A DNA stretch of 64,000 nt, from assembly GCA_963803435.1 (NCBI GenBank), contig CAWDML010000005.1:448001-512000 (forward strand), written 5' to 3'. The position numbers and the translations under genes were made by a program. Below are positions 29,705-43,504 of the stretch, in pieces (within the stretch, counting starts at the first letter, position 1; the number at the start of each line of letters is the position of its first letter). Under the pieces are notes generated by a model. The model made no database searches. It worked only from the letters and a program-made list of their open reading frames with translations, and had not been told where the DNA came from. Origin of the DNA: an uncultured delta proteobacterium (lineage in GTDB: Bacteria; Myxococcota; Kuafuiibacteriia; Kuafuiibacteriales; Kuafuiibacteriaceae).

Positions 29705-32239
29705 ATGACCAAAGCAACACCTCCCCATGGACTTCTGCCCGCTGAAGTCGACGCGTTCGAGGCGCTTTCGGAGCTGGCCTTGGATATGCGTTGGTCGTGG
29801 AATCACGCGACCGACGAGGTGTGGCGACGGCTCGATCCTGCGCTCTGGGCGATCACGCACAATCCGTGGGCGGTGCTGCAGACGGCCTCGCGCGACGAGA
29901 TCAAGCGCGTCTTCGCCGATTCTGAGTTTCGAACGCAGGTGGATCTCCTCGTGCGAGACCGTCAGCAAGCACTGAACGCGCCGACCTGGTTTCAGCAGCA
30001 CCATCCACACGGATCCCTCGGCTGCGTGGCCTATTTCAGCATGGAATTCATGCTCAGCGAAGCTTTGCCCATCTACTCGGGCGGTCTTGGCAATGTCGCA
30101 GGCGATCAACTCAAAGCGATGAGTGATCTGGGCGTGCCCGCGGTCGGCGTAGGCCTCTTGTATCAACAGGGCTATTTTCGCCAGGTGATCGACAAGGAGG
30201 GTGCGCAGCAGGCCCTCTTTCCATACAACGATCCTGGGCAGCTTCCGATCACACCGTTGCGTCGGTCCAACGGTGAGTGGTTGCGCTTGGAGATTGCCTT
30301 GCCCGGTTATTCGGTTTGGTTGCGCGCGTGGCAGGCTCAGGTCGGCCGCGTGAAGCTCTTTCTGTTGGACAGCAACGACCCAGCGAACTTGCCCGCTCAC
30401 CGCGCCATTACCAGCGAGCTCTATGGCGGCGGGCCAGAGCTGCGCCTCAAGCAGGAGTTGCTGCTCGGGATCGGTGGATGGCGACTGCTGGATGCGCTCA
30501 GCGTCGCGCCCGAAGTCTGCCATCTCAATGAAGGACATGCTGCCTTTGCCGTGCTGGAGCGGGCCCGGAGTTTCATGGAAGCGGCCGGGCAGCCCTTCGA
30601 GGTTGCGCTGAGCGTCACTCGCGCCGGGAACCTGTTCACGACCCACACCGCTGTGGCCGCCGGCTTCGACCGTTTCACTCCCGCGCTTATCGAGCAGTAT
30701 CTCCGAGGCTATGCGGAGGAGAAGCTTGGGATCCCGGTGCACGAGCTCTTGGGCCTCGGCCGGCAGAATCCAAACGACACCTCCGAGCCGTTCAACATGG
30801 CGTACTTGGCGATCCGCGGGAGCGGATCCGTCAACGGCGTGAGTCGCCTGCACGGGAAGGTGAGCCGACAGATCTTCGAGCCGCTCTTTCCCCACTGGCC
30901 GGAGGACGAAGTGCCGGTTGGGCATGTGACCAACGGCGTTCACATGCCGACCTGGGATTCGGAAGCCGCCGATGCTCTCTGGACCGAAGCCTGTGGAAAG
31001 GATCGATGGCTGGGGGCGGCGGACACCTTGGAGCACGACATTCGCCGTGTCTCCGACGCCAAACTCTGGGAACTGCACTCCGCTGCCAGCAGCTCTCTGG
31101 TCACCTATGCCCGCGAACGCTTGTCCCGGCAGCTGACCGCCTCGGGTGCCTCGCCCGCGGCGGTGGACAACGCAAAACATGTACTCGACCCCAATGCCCT
31201 GACCCTGGGCTTTGCCCGCAGATTTGCGACTTACAAAAGGCCGAACTTGTTACTGCATGATCCGGCGCGGCTGCTTCGCCTTCTCGCCAATCCCGCGCGC
31301 CCGGTGCAGCTGATCCTGGCCGGCAAAGCTCACCCGGCCGATCGAGCGGGGCAGGACTTGATCCAAGAATGGATTCGCTTCATTCGCCGGCCCGAGGCGC
31401 GACCCCACGTGGTCTTCTTGAGCGACTACGACATGCTCTTGACGGAGCATCTGGTGCGCGGGGTGGACGTCTGGATCAACACGCCGCGGCGACCCTGGGA
31501 GGCGTGCGGAACGAGCGGCATGAAGGTGCTGGTCAACGGCGGCATCAATCTTTCGGAGTTGGACGGTTGGTGGGCGGAGGCGTACGCGCCCGAGCTGGGG
31601 TGGGCGCTGGGGGATGGCCGTGAGCACGGCGATGATCCCGCGTGGGACGCCGTCGAGGCGGATGCGCTCTACGACCTCCTCGAGCGAGAGGTGATCCCGG
31701 AGTTTTACACCCGCGACCAGCGGGCCATTCCCACGGCGTGGGTCCGACGGATGCGGGAGAGTATGGCGCGGTTGACGCCTCGCTTCTCGACCAACCGAAC
31801 CGTCCACGAATACACCGAGCAACATTACCTGCCAGCGGCTCGCGCCTACCGCACCCGGATGGCCAACAAGGGGGCGATTGGAGCGCGAATCGTCGACTGG
31901 CAGCATCGGCTGAACGAGAAGTGGAACGAGGTATCGTTCGGCGAGGCGAAGGTCGAAACCTATGGCGAGCAGCATCGATTTGACCTTCAGGTCCATCTCG
32001 ATGGTCTAGACCCGGACGCGCTGCGTGTGGAGCTCTACGCTGACGCCATCCCAGGTGGTGCTCCAGTCCGACAAGGGATGAAGCGAATCCGACGGATGGC
32101 CGGTCCCTCCAACTCATACCTTTACAGCGGAGCGGTGTCCGCGAGCCGTCCAGCAGCGGATTATACGGCGCGTGTCATACCGCACTTTGACGACGTCGCG
32201 ATCCCGCTCGAAGAGCGCCGCATCCGGTGGCAGCGATGA
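29705..32239 (+). CDS. glgP: alpha-glucan (glycogen) phosphorylase
   Basis: YSGGLG, HLNEGH, ARRFATYKR and the PLP site EACGTSGMK. Confidence 0.97.
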   Translation: MTKATPPHGLLPAEVDAFEALSELALDMRWSWNHATDEVWRRLDPALWAITHNPWAVLQTASRDEIKRVFADSEFRTQVDLLVRDRQQALNAPTWFQQHHPHGSLGCVAYFSMEFMLSEALPIYSGGLGNVAGDQLKAMSDLGVPAVGVGLLYQQGYFRQVIDKEGAQQALFPYNDPGQLPITPLRRSNGEWLRLEIALPGYSVWLRAWQAQVGRVKLFLLDSNDPANLPAHRAITSELYGGGPELRLKQELLLGIGGWRLLDALSVAPEVCHLNEGHAAFAVLERARSFMEAAGQPFEVALSVTRAGNLFTTHTAVAAGFDRFTPALIEQYLRGYAEEKLGIPVHELLGLGRQNPNDTSEPFNMAYLAIRGSGSVNGVSRLHGKVSRQIFEPLFPHWPEDEVPVGHVTNGVHMPTWDSEAADALWTEACGKDRWLGAADTLEHDIRRVSDAKLWELHSAASSSLVTYARERLSRQLTASGASPAAVDNAKHVLDPNALTLGFARRFATYKRPNLLLHDPARLLRLLANPARPVQLILAGKAHPADRAGQDLIQEWIRFIRRPEARPHVVFLSDYDMLLTEHLVRGVDVWINTPRRPWEACGTSGMKVLVNGGINLSELDGWWAEAYAPELGWALGDGREHGDDPAWDAVEADALYDLLEREVIPEFYTRDQRAIPTAWVRRMRESMARLTPRFSTNRTVHEYTEQHYLPAARAYRTRMANKGAIGARIVDWQHRLNEKWNEVSFGEAKVETYGEQHRFDLQVHLDGLDPDALRVELYADAIPGGAPVRQGMKRIRRMAGPSNSYLYSGAVSASRPAADYTARVIPHFDDVAIPLEERRIRWQR

Positions 32240-32865
32240 AGATCGCGTCGGTCAGCTGTGTGTTTCTGGACATCGGCGGCGTCCTGCTCACCGACGGTTG
32301 GAATCATCGCGCCCGAAAACGTGCGGCGACCACCTTCGAGCTAAAGCAAACCGAGATGGAGGAGCGTCATCGCGTCGCCTTCGATACCTACGAGGAGGGC
32401 AAGCTCTCCCTCGACGATTACTTGGATCTGGTCGTTTTCTACCAGAAGCGTCCCTTCACGAGGGTTCGGTTTCGGCGCTTCATGTTCGCCCAGTCGAAAG
32501 CACATCCGGACATGATCCGGCTGCTCGCCCGACTCAAAGCCCAGCACGGGGTCAAGGTTGTCGTGGTGAGCAACGAAGGGCGCGAGCTGAATGCCCACCG
32601 GATCCGAACGTTCAAGCTTTGTGACCTGGTCGACGCCTTTGTTTCCTCCTGCTTCGTCCATCTCCGCAAGCCCGACGCAGACATCTATCGACTCGCCTTG
32701 GACGTCGCGCAGGTACCACCCGAGCGGGTGGTCTACCTCGAGAATACTCCGCTATTCATCCCGATTGCGGAAGCGCTCGGGATTCGATGCGTTCTTCACA
32801 CCGATTACAATTCCACCCGCGCCAAACTCGCCTCGCTCGGGCTGCAGGACGAAGGCCACGGATGA
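32236..32865 (+). CDS. HAD-family phosphatase
   Basis: FLDIGGVL and RKPDADIY motifs. Confidence 0.9.
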   Translation: MKIASVSCVFLDIGGVLLTDGWNHRARKRAATTFELKQTEMEERHRVAFDTYEEGKLSLDDYLDLVVFYQKRPFTRVRFRRFMFAQSKAHPDMIRLLARLKAQHGVKVVVVSNEGRELNAHRIRTFKLCDLVDAFVSSCFVHLRKPDADIYRLALDVAQVPPERVVYLENTPLFIPIAEALGIRCVLHTDYNSTRAKLASLGLQDEGHG

Positions 32866-34070
32866 ATACCGCGGCCCCACGGATCCTGACGATCAACGCC
32901 GGCTCCTCGAGCGTCAAGTTCGCGCTGTTCGAGACCGATGCGTCGCTCCGGCCGGTGCTCGCGGGCGCGATCGAACGAATCGGACAGTCGAAGTGCAGCT
33001 GGCGGGTGCGGGGCGCGAACCCGGCCGAAGACTTTTCACGGCCGTTGACCGCGCCGGATCACCCGGCGGCCACCAGTGCATTGATGGATTGGATCGAGAA
33101 CCGTCGCGAGCGTGACGCCTTTGTCGCGGTGGGGCATCGCATCGTCCAGGGTGGGCCGAAGTACCGCGAGCCGCAGCGCATCACGCAGCAAATGGTCGAG
33201 GACCTCGAGCGGGTTCGTCCGTTCGATCCCGAGCATCTACCGGCGGAGATTCTGCTCACGCAAGCGTTCCACCGTCGATTTCCCGAGTTGCCTCAAGTGG
33301 CGTGCTTCGACACGGCGTTTCATCGCGACCTGCCGCGCGTCGCCGAGATCTTGCCGATCCCGCGCCGCTACCAGGCCCAGGGCGTGCGGCGATACGGCTT
33401 TCATGGGTTGTCGTACGCGTTTCAGCTGGAAGAGCTCGCGCGTCTGGCTGGAACCCATACGGCAGAAGGGCGGGTCGTCCTCGCCCACCTCGGCAACGGT
33501 GCCAGCCTGGCGGCGGTGCGTGACGGCAAGCCGGTGGACACCAGCATGAGCTTCACCCCGGCCAGCGGCGTGGCGATGGGAACGCGCTCAGGTGATCTCG
33601 ATCCGGGGTTGGTTTGGTATCTCGCGCTGACAGAGAAGCAGACCGCAAAGCAGTTCAACGAGATGGTCAATTCACAGTCTGGGCTGCTCGGCATCTCCGA
33701 AACGAGCTCCGATATGCGCGACCTGTTGGCGTCAGAGACGGGGGACGTCCGCGCGGCCGAGGCAGTCGCCTTGTTTTGCTACCAGGTGAAGAAGTGCATC
33801 GGCTCCTTCGCGGCCGCACTCTCTGGATTGGACACTCTGGTCTTCGCTGGAGGTATCGGCGAGAACGCGCCCACGGTACGCGCCCGCATCTGCGGTGGAC
33901 TCGAATTCCTCGGGATCACGCTCGAAGCAGAGAGAAACGCAGCGAGCCAGGCCGTGATCTCGAGCGCGGCCAGCCGCGTTGTCGTCCGCGTGATCCGTAC
34001 AGATGAAGAGCGCATGATCGCGCAGGTCACCTGTCGCGTCCTCGAACTCGGCTCGAAGGTGGAGACCTAG
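32862..34070 (+). CDS. ackA: acetate kinase
   Basis: INAGSSSVK, GHRIV, FDTAFH, RYGFHG, HLGNGAS and FAGGIGEN motifs. Confidence 0.96.
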   Translation: MNTAAPRILTINAGSSSVKFALFETDASLRPVLAGAIERIGQSKCSWRVRGANPAEDFSRPLTAPDHPAATSALMDWIENRRERDAFVAVGHRIVQGGPKYREPQRITQQMVEDLERVRPFDPEHLPAEILLTQAFHRRFPELPQVACFDTAFHRDLPRVAEILPIPRRYQAQGVRRYGFHGLSYAFQLEELARLAGTHTAEGRVVLAHLGNGASLAAVRDGKPVDTSMSFTPASGVAMGTRSGDLDPGLVWYLALTEKQTAKQFNEMVNSQSGLLGISETSSDMRDLLASETGDVRAAEAVALFCYQVKKCIGSFAAALSGLDTLVFAGGIGENAPTVRARICGGLEFLGITLEAERNAASQAVISSAASRVVVRVIRTDEERMIAQVTCRVLELGSKVET

Positions 34071-34073
34071 AAC

Positions 34074-36437
34074 ATGAAGACCACGCTCACACCGGATCTA
34101 CTCCGCCGGATCGATGCCTACTGGCGGGCGGCCAACTATCTCGCGGTCGGGCAGATCTACCTCTACGACAATCCCTTGTTGAAGCGACCCCTGACGCTGG
34201 GGGACGTCAAGCACATGCTGCTGGGACACTGGGGCACGACCCCCGGGCAGAATTTCATCTACGTGCATTTGAACCGCGTCATCCAAAAATACGCTCTCGA
34301 CATGATCTACGTTTCGGGCCCTGGGCACGGCGGCCCGGCGATCGTCGGCAATACCTACCTCGAGGGCACCTATAGCGAGATCTATCCCGACATCAGCCAG
34401 GATGAGGCTGGGCTTCGAAAACTTTTCCTGCAGTTCTCATTTCCGGGAGGGATCCCCAGTCATACCTCGCCAGAATGTCCCGGGTCGATTCACGAGGGCG
34501 GTGAGCTCGGATACTCGCTCAGCCACTCGTTCGGCGCGGTGTTCGACAATCCCAACCTTGTCGTCGCTTGTATCGTCGGGGACGGCGAGGCGGAGACTGG
34601 CCCTCTGGCCACTGCGTGGCATTCGAACAAGTTTCTCGATCCGGCCACCGACGGCTGTGTGCTTCCAATTCTGCACCTCAATGGCTACAAGATCTCCAAT
34701 CCGAGCGTCCTCGCCCGCGTTACGCGCGAGGAGCTGGAGCAGCTGCTGCGCGGTTACGGATGGACGCCCTACTTCGTCGAAGGGCATCAGCCCGCACCGA
34801 TGCACGAGGCCATGGCGGTGGCCCTCGACAAGTCGGTGGAGCAGATCAAGAAGATCCAAGAGGACGCCCGCGTCCACGGCAACATCGCGCGTCCCCGCTG
34901 GCCGATGATCGTCCTCAATTCTCCCAAGGGGTGGACGGGCCCGAAAGTGGTCGATGGTCTACAGGTTGAAGGCACGTTCCGCTCGCACCAAGTGCCGCTT
35001 CATCCGGCGACCCATCCCGGACACCTCGAACAGCTCGAGCGGTGGCTCTTGAGCTACCGACCCGCTGAGCTCTTCGACGAGCAGGGCCGCCTGAAGTCGG
35101 AGCTCTCCGAACTTGCGCCGAAGGGCGATCACCGGATGGGCGCGAACCCGCACGCCAACGGCGGCATGCTGCTTCGCGACCTACGTATGCCAGACTTTCT
35201 TGAGTATGGGGCCGAGGTGCAATCGCCCGGTGTGCCCGGCATCGGCGACACCCATGTGCTCGGGCGCTTTCTCCGCGACGTCTTGAAGCAGAACGCGGAA
35301 CAGCGGAACTTTCGTGTCTTCGGCCCGGACGAGACGCTCTCGAACGGTCTCGAGGCTCTGTTTGCGACTACGCAGCGCCAGTGGGACGCCGCAACGGTGC
35401 CGAACGATGAATTTCTCGCGCCGGCCGGGCGCGTGATGGAGATGCTCAGCGAGCACCAATGTGAAGGCTGGCTAGAGGGATACCTGCTCACCGGGCGGCA
35501 CGGGATCTTCAACTGCTACGAGGCCTTCATCCACATCATCGATTCGATGTTCAACCAGCACGCCAAGTGGCTGAAGGTCAGCGCAGGCCTGCCGTGGCGA
35601 CGCAAGATCGCCTCCTTGAACTATCTTTTGGCTTCGCACGTCTGGCGCCAAGACCACAACGGCTTCACGCATCAGGATCCGGGCTTCATCGACCACGTCG
35701 TCAATAAGAAGGCCGAGATCGTGCGGGTCTATCTTCCGCCGGACGCGAACTGCCTGCTCTCCGTGATGGATCACTGCCTGCGCAGCCGCCACTACGTCAA
35801 CGTGGTCATCGCCGGCAAGCATCCAGCGCCGCAGTGGTTGACGATGGACCAAGCCATCAAGCACTGCGCCGAGGGCATCGGCATTTGGCAATGGGCCAGC
35901 AACGACCAGGCCGAGGCCCCCGACGCGGTGATGGCTTGCTGTGGCGACGTGCCTACGCTGGAAGTACTCGCGGCGGTTTCGATCCTGCGGGAGCACTTTC
36001 CTGAGCTGAGGCTCCGGGTGGTCAACGTCGTCGACCTGATGAAGCTGCAGCCCGAGAGCGAGCACCCGCACGGACTGAGCGACGTCGACTTCGACGCGCT
36101 CTTCACCAAGGACAAGCCGGTGATCTTCGCTTTCCATGCCTATCCGTGGTTGATTCACCGGCTCACCTACCGCCGCACCAATCATCAGAACATTCACGTA
36201 CGCGGCTACAAAGAGGAGGGCACCATCACGACGCCCTTCGACATGACGGTCCTCAACGATCTGGATCGCTTCCACCTCGTGATGGACACGATCGATCGAC
36301 TGCCGCAGACGGGCGAAAAAGGCATCTACCTGAAGCAGCAGCTCGAGGATAAACTCATCGAACACAAGCAATACATCCGGAAGAACGGCCAGGATCTACC
36401 GGAGATTCGGAATTGGAAATGGAGCAATCCAACGTGA
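34074..36437 (+). CDS. xfp: phosphoketolase
   Basis: [24 protein letters not shown] and [12 protein letters not shown] motifs. Confidence 0.97.
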   Translation: MKTTLTPDLLRRIDAYWRAANYLAVGQIYLYDNPLLKRPLTLGDVKHMLLGHWGTTPGQNFIYVHLNRVIQKYALDMIYVSGPGHGGPAIVGNTYLEGTYSEIYPDISQDEAGLRKLFLQFSFPGGIPSHTSPECPGSIHEGGELGYSLSHSFGAVFDNPNLVVACIVGDGEAETGPLATAWHSNKFLDPATDGCVLPILHLNGYKISNPSVLARVTREELEQLLRGYGWTPYFVEGHQPAPMHEAMAVALDKSVEQIKKIQEDARVHGNIARPRWPMIVLNSPKGWTGPKVVDGLQVEGTFRSHQVPLHPATHPGHLEQLERWLLSYRPAELFDEQGRLKSELSELAPKGDHRMGANPHANGGMLLRDLRMPDFLEYGAEVQSPGVPGIGDTHVLGRFLRDVLKQNAEQRNFRVFGPDETLSNGLEALFATTQRQWDAATVPNDEFLAPAGRVMEMLSEHQCEGWLEGYLLTGRHGIFNCYEAFIHIIDSMFNQHAKWLKVSAGLPWRRKIASLNYLLASHVWRQDHNGFTHQDPGFIDHVVNKKAEIVRVYLPPDANCLLSVMDHCLRSRHYVNVVIAGKHPAPQWLTMDQAIKHCAEGIGIWQWASNDQAEAPDAVMACCGDVPTLEVLAAVSILREHFPELRLRVVNVVDLMKLQPESEHPHGLSDVDFDALFTKDKPVIFAFHAYPWLIHRLTYRRTNHQNIHVRGYKEEGTITTPFDMTVLNDLDRFHLVMDTIDRLPQTGEKGIYLKQQLEDKLIEHKQYIRKNGQDLPEIRNWKWSNPT

Positions 36438-36515
36438 TCGAGTCAGCGCGCGACCCTTCACGTCCGTCACGCGGCGACCTTTTGGGAGGGCTCTCGCAGG
36501 AGGGTCCATGAACCT

Positions 36516-37301
36516 ATGAAGAGGCTCATCGTGTTCGATCTGGATGGCACCCTTGCCGAGAGCAAGTCCTCGCTCGATGTCGAGATGGCAACGCTGCTCG
36601 GCAGACTTCTCAGCGTGGTCAAGGTGGCCGTCATATCTGGCGGTAGCTGGTCGCAATTCGAAACCCAGCTGCTCTCGCATCTACAGCCAGACGAACATCT
36701 GAAGCGTCTATCCATTTTGCCAACGTGCGGATCTCGGTTCTACCAATATGCAGCAGGGAGCTGGAAGAAGCTCTACGCAGAAGACTTCACGCCGGATGAA
36801 AGGGACAAGATCGTCGGCGCGCTCAAGAAGACCATCGCAGAAGCGGGCTTCAATCCCGAAAAGGTTTGGGGGGAAGTCATCGAAGATCGTGGAAGTCAGA
36901 TCACGTTCTCTGCGTTGGGCCAAAAAGCGCCTCTCGAAGCGAAGGGCAAGTGGGACCCTGACTTTACCAAGCGAAAGGGCCTCAAGAAGATCCTCGACGA
37001 GCTCTTGCCGGAGTTCTCCGTGCGATTGGGCGGAACGACATCGATTGATGTCACGAAGCCGGGAATCGACAAAGCCTATGGGATAAAGAAGCTTCGAGCC
37101 ATGCTTGCTATCTCAGTTCAGGAGATGATTTTCGTCGGCGACGCCTTGTTTCCTGGAGGGAACGACTATCCGGCGAAGGAAGCGGGCGTTGTATCGCTCC
37201 AGGTCAATGGTCCGAGCGAAACGAAACGCGTGATTGAAACAATCATCGCATGCTTGGATTCCGCCCAATCCACCGGACTTCGTCGAGAGGAGAGTCCATG
37301 A
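36516..37301 (+). CDS. HAD-IIB hydrolase, eukaryotic-type phosphomannomutase-like
   Basis: FDLDGTL, EDRGSQITFS, GGTTSID and FVGDALFPGGNDY motifs. Confidence 0.88.
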   Translation: MKRLIVFDLDGTLAESKSSLDVEMATLLGRLLSVVKVAVISGGSWSQFETQLLSHLQPDEHLKRLSILPTCGSRFYQYAAGSWKKLYAEDFTPDERDKIVGALKKTIAEAGFNPEKVWGEVIEDRGSQITFSALGQKAPLEAKGKWDPDFTKRKGLKKILDELLPEFSVRLGGTTSIDVTKPGIDKAYGIKKLRAMLAISVQEMIFVGDALFPGGNDYPAKEAGVVSLQVNGPSETKRVIETIIACLDSAQSTGLRREESP

Positions 37302-37425
37302 CCGACTTTCAGTTGAGGCGCCTGGGCCTGCCGATAGAGCCGGAGCCAGGTGCAAGCGAAGCACGCAGCGACCGGAGGGCCGCGGAGCTGGTCGGTCCGG
37401 CTTTGCCGGACCGGGCACCAGATAA

Positions 37426-39320
<1,895 letters not shown>

Positions 39321-39328
<8 letters not shown>

Positions 39329-39656
39329 CGCGCCGGCCAGCGGGCCCACGAAGAGCGGACCGACGCTCGCCCAGAACGTGGGGGCGAAGGCGGCGCGCAA
39401 ACTCAAGGCGCGACAGAACCCGACCCACGTCTGGTTCGGCCTCGGCATGATGGGGTTGATCGGCTGGTCGGTGGTGGTTCCGACGCTGCTCGGTGCCGCG
39501 CTCGGGATCTGGCTGGATGGGCGGCACCAGGGCACACATTCCTGGACGCTGGCGCTCTTGGTGGCCGGGCTCGTGCTCGGCTGCTTGAATGCCTGGCATT
39601 GGGTGGCCAAGGAGGACGCGGCCATGCGCGAAGAGCAGGAGGACAACGATGATTGA
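39321..39656 (+). CDS. atpQ: N-ATPase AtpQ (AtpZ/I-like)
   Basis: GLIGWSVVVPTLLG..LG.WLD motif. Confidence 0.85.
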
Positions 39657-39960
39657 AACGCTGGTCGGCGTGCTGTCGTGGGCGGCGGGCGCGGCGCTCG
39701 GGGCGACGTTCTTCGGCGGCTTGTGGTGGACCGTGCAAAAGGGCGTCGCGGCCAAACAGCCGGGCCTCTTGTTCCTCGGCAGCCTGCTTTTGCGGATCAG
39801 TATGGTGATGGTTGGGTTCTATTTCGTTGCCGCCGGGCATTGGGAGCGGATGCTGTTGTGTCTCCTCGGATTCGTAATGGCCCAAGGCGCCGCGACCGGA
39901 TGGGCGCGATGGCGAGAACGTCAAGTCCCCGTAAAGGAAGGGGCCAGCCATGCGTCTTAG
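39649..39960 (+). CDS. atpR: N-ATPase AtpR
   Basis: FFGGLWWTV...SLLLR motif and position in the operon. Confidence 0.85.
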   Translation: MIETLVGVLSWAAGAALGATFFGGLWWTVQKGVAAKQPGLLFLGSLLLRISMVMVGFYFVAAGHWERMLLCLLGFVMAQGAATGWARWRERQVPVKEGASHAS

Positions 39961-40648
39961 CCCCGATGCGATGGTCTTTTGGCAACACGGTTTTCTCAAA
40001 CTCAACGGCACCATCGTGTTCACCTGGATATTGATGTTCATCCTGGTCGTCGGCTCAAAACTCATCACCCGGAGACTTTCCGTCGAGCTGAAGCGATCGC
40101 GCTGGCAGAATGGCCTGGAAATTATCGTCACTGGGATCGAGAAGCAGATCGAAGAGGTCGGCCTCCGCGATCCCGAGAAGTATCTCGGCTTCTTGGGCAC
40201 GCTCTTCCTGTTCGTCGGCACAGCCAGCTTGGGCACGGTCGTTCCTGGCTACGAGCCGCCTACGGCCTCGCTTTCGACCACGGTGGCGCTCGCGCTGTGC
40301 GTGTTCGTGGCGGTTCCAGTGTTCGGCATCCGGGAGCGGGGGTTGGGTGGGTATCTGAAATCGTACATCGAGCCGACAGCCATCATGCTTCCATTCAACA
40401 TCATCAGCGAGGCGTCTCGTACACTGGCTCTGGCGGTCAGGTTATTCGGCAACATGATGAGCGGAGCGATGATCATTGGCATTCTTCTCACCATCACCCC
40501 GTTTGTTTTTCCGATCGTCATGACGACGCTCGGCCTGCTGACCGGAATGGTGCAGGCCTACATTTTCAGCATCCTCGCAGCAGTTTACATCGCCGCCGCC
40601 GCACAGGTCCGTAAACCCAAGAGTGAACCGGTGGAAATCGCAGCGTGA
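39950..40648 (+). CDS. atpB: ATPase subunit a
   Basis: LAVRLFGNM and QAYIF motifs. Confidence 0.95.
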   Translation: MRLSPDAMVFWQHGFLKLNGTIVFTWILMFILVVGSKLITRRLSVELKRSRWQNGLEIIVTGIEKQIEEVGLRDPEKYLGFLGTLFLFVGTASLGTVVPGYEPPTASLSTTVALALCVFVAVPVFGIRERGLGGYLKSYIEPTAIMLPFNIISEASRTLALAVRLFGNMMSGAMIIGILLTITPFVFPIVMTTLGLLTGMVQAYIFSILAAVYIAAAAQVRKPKSEPVEIAA

Positions 40649-40672
40649 GCTACGACCAGAATTGGAGAAGCC

Positions 40673-40954
40673 ATGGATAGCATGACGATCATCGCGGTGG
40701 CATCCATTGTCGTCGCTGGCCTCACCACCGGTTTTGGCACAATGGGGCCTGCGCTGGCGGAGGGGCGAGCCGTTGCGACGGCACTGAGCTCGTTGGCGCA
40801 GCAGCCGGACGCCTCCGCGACCATCACCCGGACATTATTCGTCGGCCTCGCGATGATCGAGTCCACGGCCATCTACTGCTTCGTCGTCTCGATGATCCTC
40901 ATTTTCGCCAATCCGTTCTGGAATCACGTCATCGCTCAGACTGCGGGAAAGTGA
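40673..40954 (+). CDS. atpE: ATPase subunit c with Na+-type ligand motif
   Basis: PALAEG, QQP loop and MIESTAIY. Confidence 0.96.
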   Translation: MDSMTIIAVASIVVAGLTTGFGTMGPALAEGRAVATALSSLAQQPDASATITRTLFVGLAMIESTAIYCFVVSMILIFANPFWNHVIAQTAGK

Positions 40955-40957
40955 CCG

Positions 40958-41860
40958 ATGCTGATCGACTGGTTCACGGTCGGGGCCCAAGCGCTCAACT
41001 TCGTCATCCTCGTGGGGTTGATGAGACACTTTCTCTATAAGCCGATCCTCCACGCCATCGATGCGCGTGAGAAGCTGATCGCCGGGGAGCTCGCCGACGC
41101 CAAGGCGAAGAAGGACGAAGCGCAGAAGGAACGCGAAGAGTTTCAGCGCAAGAACGGCGAGATCGACCAGGCGCGCGCCGGGCTCTTGAGCAAAGCAACA
41201 GACGAAGCGAAGGCCGAGCGTGAGCGGCTGCTGAATGAGGCGCGGCAGGCCGCGGACGTCTTGAGCACGAAACGACGCGAGATGCTCAAAGCCGAGGCCA
41301 ATGACCTGCATCAAGTCATCGGCCGGCGGATCCAGGAGGAAGTGTTTGCCATCGCGCGAAAGGCGCTGACTGACCTTGCCGGCACGAGCCTGGAGGAACG
41401 AATGAGCGGCGTGTTCGCTGATCGAGTGCGGCAGCTGGACGGACCGGCGAAAGCGCGCCTCGGCGACGCACTCAAGAAAGGGTCTGGCCCCGCGCTCGTC
41501 GAGAGCGCGTTCGACCTGTCTCCGCAGCAACGAGCTGCGATTCAAACGGCCCTCAACGAAACCTTCTCGGCCGACATCCGCCTCCGCTTCGAGACCGCGC
41601 CAGACATTGTCAGCGGGATCGAAGTTCCGCGAACGGTCAGAAGGTGGCGTGGAGCATCGCGGACTATCTCACGTCGCTCGAAAAGGGAGTCCATGCACTG
41701 CTAAGGAGCAGGACCAACCTGAAGCCAAAGCTGAAGAAAGTCGAGGAAACCGGAGGCCAAAGCGGACGCTAAAGCAGAGCCCCGGCCGGAGAGCCAGACC
41801 AAGGCCGATCCCAAGCCAAAGCCGACGCTAGATCCGAAGACTGTGAGCACTGGGTCATGA
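40958..41860 (+). CDS. atpF: fused b/delta subunit, frameshifted near 41625 (3' end approximate)
   Basis: IDWFTV.AQ..NF..L start and coiled coil; SGIE continues as [14 protein letters not shown] in another frame. Confidence 0.8.
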
Positions 41861-43504
41861 ATGACGTAGTGATGGAGAGCCTCCGAGATGTGTTGGACGG
41901 CGCATTTCTTGGAATGCGCCACGCGCGCGAGGCCCTCTCGCCGGCGCTGGTGCCGCGGGAGGTTGGGACCGTCGCGATGATCTCCACCGGCATCGCCCGG
42001 GTCTCCGGCCTACCTGGGGTCGGCTTCGAGGAGATCGTGAAGTTTCCCGGTGGCGTGTACGGCGTCGCGTTCAACGTCGACGAGGATGACGTCGGCGTCG
42101 TGTTGCTCGGTGAGTACTCGCACCTTCATGCGGGCGATGAAGTCGAGCGCACGGGCCGGGTATTGGACGTCGCTGTGGGGGATGGCTTGATTGGGCGAGT
42201 GATCGATCCGCTGGGTCGGGCCCTCGATGGCGGCGGTCGAGTGGTCTCCACCGCGCGACTACCCATCGAACGGCCGGCTGCCCAGATCATGGACCGCGCG
42301 CCCGTCACGGTTCCGCTCCAAACCGGATTGAAAGTCGTTGATGCTCTGATTCCGATCGGACGCGGGCAGCGCGAGTTGATTCTCGGTGATCGGCAGACGG
42401 GCAAGAGCGCCATCGCGATCGACACGGTTCTGAATCAGCGAGGACAGGACGTGTTGTGCATCTATTGTTTCATCGGGCAGCGGGCTTCGGCGGTGGCCAA
42501 GACGATCGCCAGCCTGAGGGAAAAGGGCGCGATGGATTATTCCGTGGTGGTCGTGACGGAAGGAAATGACCCGCCCGGTCTCGCGTATATTGCGCCCTAC
42601 GCTGCGACCAGCATCGCGGAGCACTTCATGGAGGCCGGACACGACGTCCTGATCGTCTACGACGATCTCACGCAGCACGCACGCGCTTATCGCGAGCTTT
42701 CGCTCCTCTTGCGGCGGCCCCCGGGCCGAGAGGCCTTTCCAGGCGATATCTTCTACATCCACTCGCGTCTCCTCGAGCGAGCCACGCATCTGCGCGCGGA
42801 GCTTGGCAACGGCTCGCTCACGGCGCTGCCGATCATCGAGACCGAGGCCCAAAACATCTCGGCCTACATTCCGACCAATCTGATCTCGATCACCGATGGG
42901 CAGATCTATTTGTCACCGGCGCTGTTCGAGCTGGGCGTCCTGCCGGCGGTGGATGTCGGCAAATCAGTATCTCGAGTCGGGGGCAAAGCGCAGCGAGGCG
43001 CCTACCGCGCGGTGGCAGGCGACCTCAAGCTTGCCTACGCACAGTTCGAGGAACTCGAGACCTTTGCCCGCTTTGGTGCCCGCCTCGATGACGACACGCA
43101 AGAAGCGCATCGAGCATGGTCGGCGAATCCGCGCCTGCCTCAAGCAGGCGGAGTTCGCACCGGTGTCCGTATCCGCGCAGATCGCCGTTCTGTTGGCGCT
43201 GACTGCGAAGCTCTTCGACGAGGTTTCGATCGACCAGATGATCGAGGCCGAGCATGCGGTCGAGGAAGCGGCGGCCGACATCCCAAAAGACGTGTGCGTG
43301 CGGTTCGACACGGCTGCGACTTTGAGTGACTCCGATCGTGACGCGATCGTCGAGATAGCTCAGAAGGCGCTTGCCCGTTTTCAGCCCAAGCCGGAATCCA
43401 AAGTCGAAGCCAAGTCGGCGCCGGACCAACCGGCGTCTCATGCGGAGAGCAAACCCACAGTCAAACCCAAGCCCCCTTCGGCGACAGTCGCGGAGAACAA
43501 ATGA
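41857..43504 (+). CDS. atpA: N-ATPase alpha subunit, frameshift near 43097
   Basis: [20 protein letters not shown] and ITDGQ; the C-terminus [16 protein letters not shown] lies in ORF 42896-43504. Confidence 0.92.

Noticed and set aside
29351-31180. 609-aa minus-strand ORF
   Set aside because: Antisense shadow of gnd/glgP with no recognisable motifs.
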